Shown here: positions 26,068-38,503 of the stretch, piece by piece
Layout: the number at the start of each line of letters is the position of its first letter
Position numbering within the stretch: the stretch's first letter is position 1
NCBI GenBank assembly: GCA_015231885.1
Contig: JADGAT010000014.1
Coordinates: 1,349 to 65,348, forward strand
DNA from: SAR324 cluster bacterium
GTDB lineage: Bacteria; SAR324; NAC60-12
Direction: 5' to 3'
DNA length: 64,000 bases
Made by a program: the position numbers and the translations under genes
Notes under the pieces: generated by a model
Databases searched by the model: none
What the model saw: the letters and a program-made list of their open reading frames with translations, nothing else
What the model was told of the DNA's origin: nothing

Positions 26068-26433
26068 TTATTCGAACCACCCGCAAGACTTGGTTTGCCC
26101 TTTTCCTATCATCATTTTCCCACTGCAGGAGTAAACCTGTCCTTTGAGTAGTTTCCCACCAATCAAACCATACCAAAACCCATCAGGATCACCAAGGTAG
26201 GAAGACAAAACCACATCGCCTCCCAGATCGGCCGCTGCCGCATTTTTTGCACACATTTGAACATTATCTTCGCCAATTGCTTCTGCTGTAATATCTCCCA
26301 ATAGTTTGCAATCTTTAACTTGCCGCATGTCACCAACTACCCTGACCATTTCTCCATTAGAAGATAATGACACACACCCTGATAATAAGAGAATAAAAAT
26401 CCCGATACTCAAAAAACTATAATATTTTTTCAT
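26068..26433 (-). CDS. Lipoprotein, DUF4156-like
   Basis: Lipobox LLSGC; CKLLGDI, AKNAAAADLGGDVV, GQVYSC. Confidence 0.6.
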   Translation of the reverse strand: MKKYYSFLSIGIFILLLSGCVSLSSNGEMVRVVGDMRQVKDCKLLGDITAEAIGEDNVQMCAKNAAAADLGGDVVLSSYLGDPDGFWYGLIGGKLLKGQVYSCSGKMMIGKGQTKSCGWFE

Positions 26434-26628
26434 AATCATCTTTCCTTTCATAAGTTATCAATTAACGATCAGACCAACTTCATATTAACATTGGTGAGGA
26501 AAATACTTTCTATCTTCCATCAAGTATATTTGGAGTAACACAATCTGCAATGAATCGCAACGCAAAGGCTGAAATTAATCGGAGCTTTTTCATTTTACCA
26601 GCAAATTATACTCCAATTCAACATATGT

Positions 26629-27582
26629 TTAGCGTGCTATGGCATTCTTTAGATACTCATGCTGATACCAGTGGTATACTGTCTCCAACCCCTCCTTGAG
26701 TGATGTTTTAGAGAACCAGCCTAGTTGGTTGATACGAGAAACATCCAGTACCTTTTGAGGGGTCCCATCGGGCTTGGTGGTGTCAAAAACAATACGGGCA
26801 TCACACCCAACCACTTCTTTGATTAAATTGACTAATTCGCGGATATTCAAATCCTTTCCTGTGCCCACGTTGATTATTTGCGAATCATTATAATGTTCCA
26901 TTAAGAAGATGCAGGCTTCTGCCAAGTCATCAACAAACAATAATTCCCGTTTTGGAGTGCCTGTGCCCCAAACGGTTATTTTTGAGGCTCCATTTTGTTT
27001 TGCCTCATGAAACCGGCTCAATAGTGCCGGCAATACATGTGAATTCTCGGGATGAAAGTTGTCATTGATTCCATATAGATTAGTCGGCATGACAGAAATA
27101 AAGTTAGTCCCATACTGCAGGTTGTAACTCTGGCAGGTTTTGATTCCTGCGATTTTAGCAACCGAATAAGCATCATTAGTTGGCTCTAAAGGTCCGGTCA
27201 GCAGATATTCTTCCTTGATGGGTTGTGGACAATGTTTAGGATAAATGCAGGAACTTCCCAAAAAAAGTAGTTTTTTCACTCCGTATTGATGGGAATGATG
27301 AATCACATTATTTTGAATTTGAAGGTTTTCATAAATAAATTCAGCAGCATATGCACTGTTTGCATAAATGCCGCCAGCCTTGGCGGCAGCAAGAAAAATA
27401 TATTCAGGTTGTTCTTGTTTCAGAAATTGTGCAACTGCTTTTCCGTCAAATAAATCAAGCTCCTGACGAGTACGCATCACCAAATTGGTATAGTTTTGCT
27501 GTTTGAGTTGACGAATCAATGCCGAACCAACCAATCCCAAGTGCCCTGCTACATAAATTTTAGAAGTTTTTTCCATATTCAC
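26629..27582 (-). CDS. fcl: GDP-L-fucose synthase
   Basis: AGHLGLVGSA, LAAAKAGGI, FLGSSCIYPK, YSVAKIAG, PTNLYG, KPDGTP. Confidence 0.95.
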   Translation of the reverse strand: MNMEKTSKIYVAGHLGLVGSALIRQLKQQNYTNLVMRTRQELDLFDGKAVAQFLKQEQPEYIFLAAAKAGGIYANSAYAAEFIYENLQIQNNVIHHSHQYGVKKLLFLGSSCIYPKHCPQPIKEEYLLTGPLEPTNDAYSVAKIAGIKTCQSYNLQYGTNFISVMPTNLYGINDNFHPENSHVLPALLSRFHEAKQNGASKITVWGTGTPKRELLFVDDLAEACIFLMEHYNDSQIINVGTGKDLNIRELVNLIKEVVGCDARIVFDTTKPDGTPQKVLDVSRINQLGWFSKTSLKEGLETVYHWYQHEYLKNAIAR

Positions 27583-28655
27583 TACTCATTCTCAATCCCT
27601 GCACCCCGGTCCACAGCTTGTTGCACTGCCCTCAGATCAGATTGCACCATTTCTTGTATCAGGCTGCGAACATCATATTTCGGTTTCCACCCCAGTTGTT
27701 TCTGAGCTTTTGTCGCATCTCCGAGCAGTATATCGACTTCTGTGGGACGGAAATAACGAGAATCTACTTTAACATAAACTCTGCCGGAAACAGCATCAAA
27801 CCCTTGTTCCTCAAGTCCTTTTCCTCTCCATGTTAACACGATACCAACTTCTTCAAAAGCCCACTCTACAAACTGACGTACAGTTGTTGTGACCCCTGTT
27901 GCTAACACAAAATCGTCTGGTTCTGCTGTTTGTAGAATTTGCCACATTCCTTCTACATAATCTTTCGCATGCCCCCAATCTCGTTGGGCATCCAAATTGC
28001 CGAGATATAATGTTTTCTCCAAATCTAATGAAATACTTGCCGCAGACCGTGTTATTTTTCGTGTGACAAATGTTTCTCCACGAATGGGAGATTCATGATT
28101 AAAGAGAATCCCGTTACTGGCAAAGATATTATAGGCCTCTCGATAATTTACAGTAATCCAATAGGCATACAGTTTGGCTGCTGCATAGGGGGAGCGAGGG
28201 TAAAACGGGGTTGTTTCCGTTTGAGGTATTTCCTGAACCAGACCATACAATTCGCTGGTAGAGGCTTGATAAAATTTAGTTTTATTGGTCAAGCCCAATA
28301 AACGAATGGCTTCTAACAAACGAAGTGTCCCCAAAGCATCTGAGTTTGCCGTGTATTCTGGTGTGTCAAACGAAACTTGGACATGGCTTTGAGCTGCTAA
28401 ATTGTAAATTTCATCTGGCTGGGTTTCCTGAATAATACGAATCAGGTTTGTCGAATCGGTCAAATCCCCATAATGTAAGAAAAATTTTCCACCCGGAATA
28501 TGAGGATCCTGATAGAGATGATCTACTCTTGCTGTATTGAATGAAGAAGAACGTCTCTTGATTCCGTGGACAAGGTACCCTTTTTTGAGCAGAAACTCGG
28601 CTAAATAAGCCCCATCTTGTCCTGTGACACCTGTAACGAGTGCAATTTTCGACAT
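27582..28655 (-). CDS. gmd: GDP-mannose 4,6-dehydratase
   Basis: [48 protein letters not shown]. Confidence 0.97.
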   Translation of the reverse strand: MSKIALVTGVTGQDGAYLAEFLLKKGYLVHGIKRRSSSFNTARVDHLYQDPHIPGGKFFLHYGDLTDSTNLIRIIQETQPDEIYNLAAQSHVQVSFDTPEYTANSDALGTLRLLEAIRLLGLTNKTKFYQASTSELYGLVQEIPQTETTPFYPRSPYAAAKLYAYWITVNYREAYNIFASNGILFNHESPIRGETFVTRKITRSAASISLDLEKTLYLGNLDAQRDWGHAKDYVEGMWQILQTAEPDDFVLATGVTTTVRQFVEWAFEEVGIVLTWRGKGLEEQGFDAVSGRVYVKVDSRYFRPTEVDILLGDATKAQKQLGWKPKYDVRSLIQEMVQSDLRAVQQAVDRGAGIENE

Positions 28656-28658
28656 AAC

Positions 28659-29105
28659 TTAAATCCTTTTATGTTTTTTCTTATCTTCCTTGAAATACAA
28701 ACGGTAATCAATGGCTGAAGGTCGAACAGTATTTTTATAGACACGACTGGAGTACATGATTTGTGTGATCTTACCGGTCACTTGTTGATATTGCTCATAT
28801 AAAAAAATTACTCTTTTGTAGTGTTCTGTTCGTAACTTGACGATTTTGGACATTCTGTCAACGGGAGTATAAATAAATCTGACATCATGCTGACCATGCG
28901 CAAAAATAAAACGTTCAAATAAGAAGTTTTGAAATTCATCTTCTCTCATTTCTTCCAGTAATTCCGGAAAATCATCAATTACCTCCTCATAGGTACCTGT
29001 TTGGAGTATAAATGCTAAATTTCCTGGTAAACCAAATTCCATACGATGTTGTTCACAACAATGTAAACAAATGAAAGAAGAAATGATATGAGTGCTAATT
29101 GGCAT
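28659..29105 (-). CDS. Hypothetical 148-aa protein
   Basis: ORF ends 3 nt before the gmd start; N-terminal CLHCCEQH motif. Confidence 0.6.
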   Translation of the reverse strand: MPISTHIISSFICLHCCEQHRMEFGLPGNLAFILQTGTYEEVIDDFPELLEEMREDEFQNFLFERFIFAHGQHDVRFIYTPVDRMSKIVKLRTEHYKRVIFLYEQYQQVTGKITQIMYSSRVYKNTVRPSAIDYRLYFKEDKKKHKRI

Positions 29106-29273
29106 GGGATTTTACTCAACATGACATTAGAAAGACGATTTTGTACATCCAGAAGTGAATAATATGTAGTACGAGTCAAACATAACTACAAGGGATTCTT
29201 GCCTGACTGGGACGAAAGATATCCGAATTCAGAAAGAATGATTTTTTGAGATGAAAATTTTTATTCTATATGA

Positions 29274-29302
29274 TTGCTTATCAAATTAAAATGTGATATA
29301 AA
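29274..29302 (+). promoter_or_regulatory. Candidate sigma70 promoter for rpoBC
   Basis: -35 TTGCTT (29274-29279), 17-nt spacer, extended -10 TGnTATAAA (TG 29294-29295; TATAAA 29297-29302). Confidence 0.55.
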
Positions 29303-29636
29303 ATTCTATTTAGCAGATTGCGATGTATTCATTCAATAATCGTTAATGAAATGAATTTCATGAGCGAGTTTTCGTTGAAATTCCCCTCCTCATTTCTATT
29401 CCTGAATAGATGGTTTTACCGTCTTATGTTTATATCCAAGAATAATATCTCTAGTGATTTTCCGATAGCTAGTCGTCGTCAAAATTGCTCTGTATCGAAA
29501 TAGAGCAATCTCGATTTGTTAACAATTACAGTCTTCGTATTGCAGGATAATGGCAAAATTAGAAACTCCTGAGCTGATTCAAAAACTAGTGGTCACTGCA
29601 TAATACTTGATTAATAATTTTAGCGAAAGAAGAATT

Positions 29637-32600
29637 ATGTCCACCAACTTAAAAAATCGACACCGTATACGCCGTTCATTTGGACGAATCATTGCGCCAA
29701 TTGAAGTTCCCCATTTACTAAAAATCCAGTTGGATTCTTATGAGCGTTTTCTCCAAAAAAACACACCACCGGATCAGAGGATAGAAGAAGGGTTAGAGGC
29801 GGTATTTCGTTCTGTGTTCCCTATTTCAGATTTCAGTGGTTCGTCTACTCTGGAATACGTGCACTACCGTTTGGGAGAACCTAAATATTCTGTAGAGGAA
29901 TGCCGTGTACGCGGTGTTACTTATGCTGCACCATTACGTGCGGCCTTACGGTTGATTGTATGGGAGAAGGACAGTAATTCAGATGCCAAGCATATTCATG
30001 ATATTAAGGAACAAGATATTTATTTGGGGGAAATTCCGTTGATGACACCAACTGGCTCATTTATTATCAATGGAACAGAGCGTGTCATTGTCAGCCAAAT
30101 GCATAAAAGTCCAGGATTATTCTTTTCCATGGATAAAACAAAAACGAATACTGCAGGAAAAACCTTTTATTCAGCACGTATCATTCCACAACGTGGATCA
30201 TGGTTGGATTTTGAGTTTGATTCAAAAGAATTTTTGTATGTCCGAATAGACCGCAGACGTAAATTTCCTGCTACTATTTTGCTGCGCGCACTCGGCAATA
30301 CAACAGAAACAATAATTTCTTCGTTTTACGATGTTGAAAAAATCAATTTGAGTGGTGCCCAGGATGAGAGTATTCCGGAAAATCAGAAATATTTTAAATA
30401 TGTTGATTCTAAGGTAACAGCAAATCAAAGGGCTTCTGCAGAAATATTAGATCCAAACTCAGGAGAAGTTCTTATCAAGGCTGGGCGCAAAATAACAGAA
30501 AAACTTGTCCAGAAGCTTCAAAAAGCAGGGGTGGAGCATGTTCCAACGACCATTGACGAAATTTTAGGACACTATACGGCATGTAATATTGTTGGAGAAG
30601 ATGGGCAAGTGGTTCTCCCGGCTAATACGCTCATTGATGCAATCGCCTTTGAAAAGTTGGTAGAGCATAAAGTGGAAGTTATTGAGGTTTTGCACATTGG
30701 CGCCAAAACGATTGGACCCTGCCTTCGAGACACCTTGGCAATGGATAAAATCAATTCTCCAGACTCTGCTTTGATTGAGCTGTATAAGAAACTAAAACCA
30801 GGTGATCCTCCGACGTTAGAAGCCGCAAATACATTAGTTCAAAATTTCTTTTTTAATTCTTCACGTTACAATTTGTCTAAAGTGGGCAGATTGAAACTCA
30901 ATAAAAAGCTTGGTTTGGAGTATCCTCTGGATCAGACTATTTTGACTCATGAAGACATTTTTGGTGCGGTCAAGTATTTGTTGCTGCTCAAAGAAGGACA
31001 AGGAACCGTTGATGACATTGATCACTTGGGCAATCGTCGAGTACGGAGTGTTGGAGAATTATTAGAAAATCAATTTCGTATTGGTTTAGTCCACATGGAA
31101 CGTGCCATCAAAGAAAGAATGAGTTTGCAGGACACTGAATCAATGATGCTCCATGACATTGTTAATGCCAAACCAGTTGCTGCCGCAATTCATGAATTTT
31201 TCAGCAGCAGTCAGCTCTCTCAATTTATGGATCAAACCAATTCTCTTTCTGAGATTACCCATAAACGCCGCCTGAGTGCGTTAGGACCAGGAGGATTGAC
31301 TCGGGAACGAGCAGGATTTGATGTCAGAGATGTGCATGCTTCTCATTATGGCCGAATTTGTCCAATTGAAACACCAGAAGGCCCCAATATTGGACTGATT
31401 GCTTCCTTGGCAACGCATGGTTCTGTGAATGAGTTTGGTTTTATTGAAACTCCTTATCAAAAAGTAACCAATGGAGTGGTCAGTGATGACGTTGAATTCC
31501 TGTCTGCCATTGAAGAAGATACCGTCAATATTGCCCAGGCAAATGCCAAAATAGATGAAAACAGGGAATTGGTTGCAGAGTTTATCTCAATTCGGAAAGG
31601 GGGAGAGTACAGTACGATTCCCAAAGTTGATGTGCAGTATATGGACGTTGCTCCGTGTCAACTGGTTTCTGTTGCGGCATCTCTTATTCCTTTTTTAGAG
31701 CATGATGATGCAAATCGTGCATTAATGGGTTCGAACATGCAACGTCAGGGAGTACCTTTGATAAAGCCAGAAGCTCCGCTGGTAGGAACAGGTGTCGAAT
31801 TTCAAGCAGCACTGGATTCAGGATCTTGTGTCCTTGCAAAACGATCAGGGATTGTGGACAGTGTTGATGCCGGAAGAATTGTGATTCAAGCGGATGTTGA
31901 CCTGTCCAGTGAGTCAGGAGTGGTACCAGCCAATGTGGATATTTATCATCTGACCAAATACCGTCGTTCAAACCAAAACACGCTCATCAATCAAAGAACA
32001 TTGATTTCCAAAGGGGATCGAGTGAAGGCAGGTGATATCATTGCAGACGGGTCGAGTTGCGATAATGGAGAGTTAGCATTGGGGCAGAATATCCGTATCG
32101 CCTTCATGCCCTGGAACGGATACAATTTTGAGGATTCGATTCTTGTCTCAGAACGCCTGTTGCACCAGGATCGTTTCACTTCGGTACATATTGATATCTT
32201 TGACATGGTAGCCCGTGATACCAAACTTGGGAAAGAAGAAATCACTCGTGATATTCCAAACGTCAGTGAAGAAGCACTGAAATATCTTGATGACAGCGGA
32301 ATTGTTCAAGTGGGAACTTATGTCCGTCCTGGTTCTATTTTAGTAGGAAAAGTTACTCCCAAAGGAGAAAGCCAGCTCAACCCAGAAGAAAAGTTGCTTC
32401 GTGCTATCTTTGGAGAAAAGGCGGGAGATGTGCGTGACACTTCCCTACGGGTGAATCAGGGAGTAGAAGGGATTGTCATTGATGTAGTCGTGTTTAATCG
32501 TGGTGGTGTCGAGCGTGATCAACGGACTAAAGAAATTGAGCAGGAACAACTGCAACGATATTACAAAGATCACCAGGATGAATTAAGAATTGTAAAGCGC

Positions 32601-33809
32601 AACCTCATCAAAATGGCTCAGTCGTTGGTGCAGAATAAAGTATTAACACAGGATGTTGTATCGGTAGAAGGAGAAACGATTCTGACGGAGGGTTCTCACC
32701 TGACAGAAGCTGATTTGGAACAAATTTCATTAACAAGCTGGCATACCGTCAAGGTAAATGATCCTGAAGCCAATCAAAAGCTGGAAACCTTGGTACGCAA
32801 TGCGCAATCACAGATGTACCTTCTCGAAAATATCTACCAAGATAAATGTGAAAGAGTTTCTAAAGGAGATGAGCTTCCTCCTGGCGTCATTCGGATGGTT
32901 AAAGTATACATTGCTACCAAACGCAAGCTGGCAGTTGGAGATAAAATGGCAGGACGCCATGGTAATAAAGGTGTGGTTTCTAAAATTCAATTGACAGAAA
33001 ATATGCCTTACATGGAAGATGGAACACCAATTGATATTGTATTGAATCCGTTGGGTGTACCTTCCCGCATGAACGTAGGACAAGTTTTGGAAACCCATTT
33101 AGGATGGGCCTCCTCCGAGCTAGGCCGCAAAATTGAAAAATTTGTCCAGGCGAATCACCCAGTCACTCAATTGAAAAATTTTCTGAAGCAAATTTATGAT
33201 TCTCCAGAAGTTTCTGAGTTTTTTGAAAACCAAAGCGATGAAGATTTTTTGGAATTTATGAAGAAATACAAAAAAGGAGTACATATCGCCACTCCTGTTT
33301 TTGACGGGGCAAAAGAAGAAGATATTCAGAGTTTGATGAAACTTGCTGACTTGCCAACAACGGGTCAGGTTTGGTTGTATGATGGATTGACCGGAAATCG
33401 TTTCAGTCAAAAAGTAACGGTGGGCTATGCGTATATTTTAAAATTACACCACTTGGTTGATGAAAAGATTCATGCCCGCTCCATTGGTCCCTATTCTTTG
33501 GTAACACAACAACCACTTGGTGGAAAAGCTCAATTTGGAGGGCAACGCTTTGGAGAAATGGAAGTTTGGGCACTGGAAGCCTATGGTGCTGCTTATACCT
33601 TGCAGGAACTCCTGACTGTAAAATCTGATGATGTCCAAGGACGTAACCGAATGTATGAAACCATTGTCAAAGGACACCATCATTTGGAGACAGGAATTCC
33701 AGAATCATTTAAGGTATTGATCAGTGAACTGAAAAGTTTGTGTTTGAATATTGAATTACTTCAAGTAACGGAAGAGAATCCAGAGGTTGAAGCGACTGAG
33801 GAAGCCTAG
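29637..33809 (+). CDS. rpoB: DNA-directed RNA polymerase subunit beta
   Basis: [54 protein letters not shown]; ATG at 29637 (track TTG 29607). Confidence 0.99.
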   Translation: MSTNLKNRHRIRRSFGRIIAPIEVPHLLKIQLDSYERFLQKNTPPDQRIEEGLEAVFRSVFPISDFSGSSTLEYVHYRLGEPKYSVEECRVRGVTYAAPLRAALRLIVWEKDSNSDAKHIHDIKEQDIYLGEIPLMTPTGSFIINGTERVIVSQMHKSPGLFFSMDKTKTNTAGKTFYSARIIPQRGSWLDFEFDSKEFLYVRIDRRRKFPATILLRALGNTTETIISSFYDVEKINLSGAQDESIPENQKYFKYVDSKVTANQRASAEILDPNSGEVLIKAGRKITEKLVQKLQKAGVEHVPTTIDEILGHYTACNIVGEDGQVVLPANTLIDAIAFEKLVEHKVEVIEVLHIGAKTIGPCLRDTLAMDKINSPDSALIELYKKLKPGDPPTLEAANTLVQNFFFNSSRYNLSKVGRLKLNKKLGLEYPLDQTILTHEDIFGAVKYLLLLKEGQGTVDDIDHLGNRRVRSVGELLENQFRIGLVHMERAIKERMSLQDTESMMLHDIVNAKPVAAAIHEFFSSSQLSQFMDQTNSLSEITHKRRLSALGPGGLTRERAGFDVRDVHASHYGRICPIETPEGPNIGLIASLATHGSVNEFGFIETPYQKVTNGVVSDDVEFLSAIEEDTVNIAQANAKIDENRELVAEFISIRKGGEYSTIPKVDVQYMDVAPCQLVSVAASLIPFLEHDDANRALMGSNMQRQGVPLIKPEAPLVGTGVEFQAALDSGSCVLAKRSGIVDSVDAGRIVIQADVDLSSESGVVPANVDIYHLTKYRRSNQNTLINQRTLISKGDRVKAGDIIADGSSCDNGELALGQNIRIAFMPWNGYNFEDSILVSERLLHQDRFTSVHIDIFDMVARDTKLGKEEITRDIPNVSEEALKYLDDSGIVQVGTYVRPGSILVGKVTPKGESQLNPEEKLLRAIFGEKAGDVRDTSLRVNQGVEGIVIDVVVFNRGGVERDQRTKEIEQEQLQRYYKDHQDELRIVKRNLIKMAQSLVQNKVLTQDVVSVEGETILTEGSHLTEADLEQISLTSWHTVKVNDPEANQKLETLVRNAQSQMYLLENIYQDKCERVSKGDELPPGVIRMVKVYIATKRKLAVGDKMAGRHGNKGVVSKIQLTENMPYMEDGTPIDIVLNPLGVPSRMNVGQVLETHLGWASSELGRKIEKFVQANHPVTQLKNFLKQIYDSPEVSEFFENQSDEDFLEFMKKYKKGVHIATPVFDGAKEEDIQSLMKLADLPTTGQVWLYDGLTGNRFSQKVTVGYAYILKLHHLVDEKIHARSIGPYSLVTQQPLGGKAQFGGQRFGEMEVWALEAYGAAYTLQELLTVKSDDVQGRNRMYETIVKGHHHLETGIPESFKVLISELKSLCLNIELLQVTEENPEVEATEEA

Positions 33810-33874
33810 CCTCGCAGCAGCACGATTTTCTTTAACTATTATTTTTTGATACAATCTAAAATTGGAGAACACCC

Positions 33875-36800
33875 GTGGCCACGTTAAAAAATTTCTTTGA
33901 ACTATCCACAGATCCTAAAGATTACACTGCCGTACGTATCAATATCGCCACACAGGATGACATTTTATCTTGGACGCATGGTGAAGTGAAAACCTCAGAA
34001 ACCATTAATTACCGTACTTTTAAACCAGAAAGGGATGGTTTATTTTGTGCAAAAATTTTTGGTCCTATTCATGATTATGAATGTAACTGTGGAAAATATA
34101 AACGGATGAAGCACAGGGGTATCACCTGTGAAAAGTGCGGAGTAGAAGTAATTCAGTCGAAAGTCCGAAGAGAACGAATGGGACATATCAAACTGGCGTC
34201 TCCGGTTTCTCATGTCTGGTTTCTGAAAGGAGTTCCCAGTCGCATTGGAACCTTGCTGGACATGACATTGCGCGATTTGGAGCGAGCACTATATTTTGAT
34301 TCTTATATTGTCTTAGAGCCAGGAAGTTCCACCTTCAAGGAAAGGGATTTAGTGGAGGAAGACAAATACAGGGAAGTGATGGAACAGTTTCCTGATTTGG
34401 AAATTGGAATGGGTGCGGAAGCAATTCGTGTATTGCTCCAGAGAATTGATCCTAACGAACTGAGTGTCACACTGCATCAAGAATTAGTAACAACAGGCTC
34501 TGAAGCAAGGCGGAAAAGAATCGTCAAGCGGCTAAATATTGTCAATGCTCTCAAATCATCGGGAAATGCCCCTGATTCCATGATCATGGATGTTCTCCCT
34601 ATCCTTCCACCAGAACTACGACCTCTGGTACCTTTAGAAGGCGGCCGTTTTGCAACCAGTGATCTCAACGATTTGTACCGCCGGGTGATCCATCGCAATA
34701 ACCGGCTCAAGCGTTTGATTGAATTACGAGCACCCAATATCATTATTAAAAATGAAAAACGAATGCTGCAAGAATCAGTAGACGCTCTTTTTGATAATGG
34801 ACGCAGGGGGCGTCCAATCATGGGAACCAACAAACGGCCTTTAAAATCATTGAGTGACATGTTAAAGGGAAAACAGGGAAGATTTCGTCAAAACCTGCTG
34901 GGCAAACGGGTTGATTATTCAGGACGTACTGTGATTGTTGTTGGACCCGAATTGAAATTGCACCAATGTGGCCTTCCTAAAAAAATGGGACTGGAACTAT
35001 TCAAGCCCTTTATCTACAATAAACTGATTGACGGCAATGAAGTTCCTACCATTAAAATGGCAAAGAAAAAACTGGAAGAAGGTTCTCCGGAAGTGTGGGC
35101 TCTTTTAGAGGAAATTATTGTAGACCACCCTATATTATTGAACCGGGCCCCCACCTTGCATCGTCTTGGAATCCAAGCTTTTGAACCAGTTTTGATTGAA
35201 GGAAAAGCAATTCAGCTTCACCCGCTGGTCTGTACCGCATTCAATGCTGATTTTGATGGGGACCAAATGGCGGTTCATGTACCGCTTTCCGTAGAAGCCC
35301 AATTGGAGTCAAAAATTTTGATAATGGCTACAAACAATATTTTATCTCCTGCTAATGGAAGACCAGTCATGACTCCAAGTCAGGATATGGTCCTTGGCCT
35401 GTATTGGATTACACGAGAACAAGAAGGTGCACGAGGAGAAGGAAAAGTTTTTGCGAACCGGGAGGAAGTATTGGTCGCATACGACCATGGTAAAGTGGAT
35501 CTTCATGCAAAAATCAAATGTCGGGTGGATGGTCAGATCCTTGAGTCAACTGTAGGACGGATCATACTGTCCTTTCATATTCCCAAAGAAGTTTCTTTTG
35601 ATCTAATCAATCGCCACTTGAAAAAGAAACAACTTGGAGATTTGGTAGACATTGCCTTCCGTAGAGCTGGATCTAGAAAAACGGTAGAAATGCTGGATGC
35701 CTTGAAGCAACTTGGGTATTCTTTTGCAACAAGTGCCGGATTTTCGATTAGCATGCATGATATGGTGATTCCGCCACAGAAAAAAATCTTGTTGGATGAC
35801 GCCCAGCAACGGGTCAACACCATCAATTATCAATACCAGGACGGATTGATTACGGATGGAGAGCGTTATAACCAAGTGATTGATATTTGGGCGCGGGTTA
35901 CTGAGAAAATTGCTGAGGAAATGTTGCAGGTTTTGACCAAAGAGACTATGGATGATGACGATTTTCCCAGAGTGAACTCCATCTTCATGATGGCTGATTC
36001 CGGGGCACGTGGTAGCAGCCAGCAGATGAAACAGTTAGCAGGAATGCGCGGTTTAATGGCCAAACCTTCTGGAGAAATTATTGAAACTCCAATTACTGCA
36101 AATTTTCGTGAGGGATTGGATGTTCTGCAGTATTTCATTTCGACGCATGGTGCCCGTAAAGGACTGGCAGATACGGCACTGAAAACAGCAAACTCAGGAT
36201 ATCTCACTCGACGTCTTGTTGATGTGGCACAAGACAGTGTTGTACTGGAGCATGATTGCGGAACGCTTGATGGCATCGAAATGACAGCCTTGATTGAATC
36301 TGGAGAAATTATTGAAACTTTGTCAGAACGTGTGCTGGGGCGCATCGCATTAGAAGACTTGCTCGATCCTGATGATGAAAAGAAGTGTTTAGTAAAGGCC
36401 GGTGAAGAAATCACAGAAGATGTCGTTGTGAAAATTGAACATGCCGGGGTGGAAAAAATGAAGATTCGCTCTGTGTTGACCTGTATGACTGTGCGAGGGA
36501 TTTGCCAGATGTGTTATGGGCGTGATTTAGCACGGGGCAACTTAATTAACCTTGGTGAAGCCGTAGGAGTTATTGCCGCACAAAGTATCGGTGAGCCTGG
36601 GACTCAGTTAACCATGCGTACTTTTCACATTGGGGGAACTGCCAGTAGACGCGCAGAGCAGAATACATGGGATGCCAAATTCAGTGGAATTTTGAAATTC
36701 GATAACTTGAAAGAAGTAAAAAACGATCAAGGCAACTGGGTCGTATTGGGTCGTAAGGGCGAAGCTGTCATCGTCGATGAAAAAGGACGGGAAAAAGAGC

Positions 36801-37963
36801 GTCATCCACTACCCATCGGAGCAGTTATCAAAGATCTACTTGGAAAAAAGGTTTCTCAAGGGGATCTGCTTGCCGAATGGGATCCTCATGCTGTTCCCAT
36901 CTTGACTGATATTTCAGGTTTTGTTCGATTCAATGATGTCATTGAAGGATTGACGTTTAAAGAACAAATTGATGAAGCAACTGGACTGGCACGTCGTGTC
37001 ATTCAGGAATCTTCGGATCCAGATATGCATCCTCAAATTACGATTCGGGATAGCAGGGGGCATGAAATCAAAAATGCCAGTGGGAAGGCCACGGTCTTTT
37101 CTCTTCCTGTAAAAGCAGAACTGGTCGTAGAAGAGGGTGATGAAGTGCATGCGGGCTCCATTTTAGCAAAAATTCCAAGAGAATTGGCTAAAAACAAAGA
37201 CATCACAGGAGGTCTGCCACGTGTAGCAGAGCTCTTTGAGGCAAGGATACCAAAAGATCAGGCAATTATTACAGAAATTGACGGTCTTGTTTCCTTTGGA
37301 AAAGATATCAAGAAGAAGCAGAGGATTATAATCAAGCCAGAAGATGAAAAAGGTGAGAAAAAAGAATACCTGATCCCTCGTGGTAAGCACATCACGGTAC
37401 ATGAGGGAGAATATGTCCGTGCCGGCGATCCTTTGATTGATGGGTCTCCCAATCCTCACGATATTCTTGCAGTAAAAGGAACCAAGGCATTACAAAAATA
37501 CCTGGTTGATGAGGTCCAGGAAGTCTATCGACTTCAGGGGGTTGGTATCAATGATAAGCATATTGAGGTCATTGTGAGACAAATGCTAAAGCAAGTATAC
37601 ATTGAAGCTCCTGGTGATTCTACATTCTTGATAGGGCAAGTCACATCCAAACTCCATTTTAATCAGCAAAATGCGGAACTGATTAAAAATGGTATGGAGC
37701 CCGCGCGATCCAGACCCGTTCTTCTCGGGATCACTAAAGCGTCATTGAGTACGGACTCTTTTATTTCTGCAGCGTCTTTTCAGGAAACTACAAAAGTATT
37801 GACCGACACTGCATTAGCAGGAAAATACGACACCTTCCGTGGATTAAAAGAAAATGTTATCCTGGGAAGATTAATTCCAGCAGGAACCGGATATGAAAGC
37901 TTCAGAAATACTGGCTACGAGTTTGCGGATGAGAAAGCAGAAGAAGCGGCAGAAACTTCCTAA
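33875..37963 (+). CDS. rpoC: DNA-directed RNA polymerase subunit beta'
   Basis: Zinc finger CGK...CEKC, catalytic NADFDGDQM, trigger loop [30 protein letters not shown]. Confidence 0.99.
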   Translation: MATLKNFFELSTDPKDYTAVRINIATQDDILSWTHGEVKTSETINYRTFKPERDGLFCAKIFGPIHDYECNCGKYKRMKHRGITCEKCGVEVIQSKVRRERMGHIKLASPVSHVWFLKGVPSRIGTLLDMTLRDLERALYFDSYIVLEPGSSTFKERDLVEEDKYREVMEQFPDLEIGMGAEAIRVLLQRIDPNELSVTLHQELVTTGSEARRKRIVKRLNIVNALKSSGNAPDSMIMDVLPILPPELRPLVPLEGGRFATSDLNDLYRRVIHRNNRLKRLIELRAPNIIIKNEKRMLQESVDALFDNGRRGRPIMGTNKRPLKSLSDMLKGKQGRFRQNLLGKRVDYSGRTVIVVGPELKLHQCGLPKKMGLELFKPFIYNKLIDGNEVPTIKMAKKKLEEGSPEVWALLEEIIVDHPILLNRAPTLHRLGIQAFEPVLIEGKAIQLHPLVCTAFNADFDGDQMAVHVPLSVEAQLESKILIMATNNILSPANGRPVMTPSQDMVLGLYWITREQEGARGEGKVFANREEVLVAYDHGKVDLHAKIKCRVDGQILESTVGRIILSFHIPKEVSFDLINRHLKKKQLGDLVDIAFRRAGSRKTVEMLDALKQLGYSFATSAGFSISMHDMVIPPQKKILLDDAQQRVNTINYQYQDGLITDGERYNQVIDIWARVTEKIAEEMLQVLTKETMDDDDFPRVNSIFMMADSGARGSSQQMKQLAGMRGLMAKPSGEIIETPITANFREGLDVLQYFISTHGARKGLADTALKTANSGYLTRRLVDVAQDSVVLEHDCGTLDGIEMTALIESGEIIETLSERVLGRIALEDLLDPDDEKKCLVKAGEEITEDVVVKIEHAGVEKMKIRSVLTCMTVRGICQMCYGRDLARGNLINLGEAVGVIAAQSIGEPGTQLTMRTFHIGGTASRRAEQNTWDAKFSGILKFDNLKEVKNDQGNWVVLGRKGEAVIVDEKGREKERHPLPIGAVIKDLLGKKVSQGDLLAEWDPHAVPILTDISGFVRFNDVIEGLTFKEQIDEATGLARRVIQESSDPDMHPQITIRDSRGHEIKNASGKATVFSLPVKAELVVEEGDEVHAGSILAKIPRELAKNKDITGGLPRVAELFEARIPKDQAIITEIDGLVSFGKDIKKKQRIIIKPEDEKGEKKEYLIPRGKHITVHEGEYVRAGDPLIDGSPNPHDILAVKGTKALQKYLVDEVQEVYRLQGVGINDKHIEVIVRQMLKQVYIEAPGDSTFLIGQVTSKLHFNQQNAELIKNGMEPARSRPVLLGITKASLSTDSFISAASFQETTKVLTDTALAGKYDTFRGLKENVILGRLIPAGTGYESFRNTGYEFADEKAEEAAETS

Positions 37964-38024
37964 TGTTTGATTGCATCCGGTTCGCTACGGCAAGCTGTCA
38001 TAGCGGAGACAATTTGATAAATTC

Positions 38025-38444
38025 ATGAAAAATTCCCCTGCCTACTGCTTTGAATTAGAATTTGCGGTACGTGACTCTGAAGTAGATATGTTTGGGGTCG
38101 TGAATAACTCTGTTTATTTGCGATACCTGGAGCATACACGCCATACCTTCTTAAAATCCACGGGCATTGATGCAGCACACATGCAGCAACTCGGCTTTAA
38201 TTTAGTGGTCACCCGCATAGAAATCGACTACAAGCAGCCACTAAGAAGTGGTGATCTATTCGTCGTCAAACTTGCAGTATCTGCAGTGACTCGGGTGAGG
38301 TTTGTTTTTTTACAGGATATCTATCATTTGTCGTCCCAGCAGTTGACAACTTCAGCAAGAATTGTTGGTACGGCAATTCCACCAAACGGGCGTCCTGGTA
38401 TTCCTGATGACTTTTATCAAGTGCTGCACACACATCTAGCATAG
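38025..38444 (+). CDS. Acyl-CoA thioesterase (4HBT/YbgC family)
   Basis: VRDSEVDMFGVVNNSVYLRYLE hotdog-fold motif. Confidence 0.88.
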   Translation: MKNSPAYCFELEFAVRDSEVDMFGVVNNSVYLRYLEHTRHTFLKSTGIDAAHMQQLGFNLVVTRIEIDYKQPLRSGDLFVVKLAVSAVTRVRFVFLQDIYHLSSQQLTTSARIVGTAIPPNGRPGIPDDFYQVLHTHLA

Positions 38445-38452
38445 CGATCCTC

Positions 38453-38502
38453 CAACCAAAACAAAATATTCGTTTTTGATCTGATCTCAACCAAAACAAA
38501 AT
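38453..38502 (+). repeat. 15-bp direct repeat CAACCAAAACAAAAT x2
   Basis: Copies at 38453-38467 and 38488-38502, ending 1 nt before the sohB ATG. Confidence 0.7.
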
Positions 38503-38503
38503 C

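Noticed and set aside
28659-29105. Heme c motif in CLHCCEQH
   Set aside because: It is CxxCC rather than CxxCH, and the protein has no signal peptide.
29637-37963. Inteins, introns or frameshifts in rpoB/rpoC
   Set aside because: Both ORFs are uninterrupted, of normal length, with conserved motifs in order.
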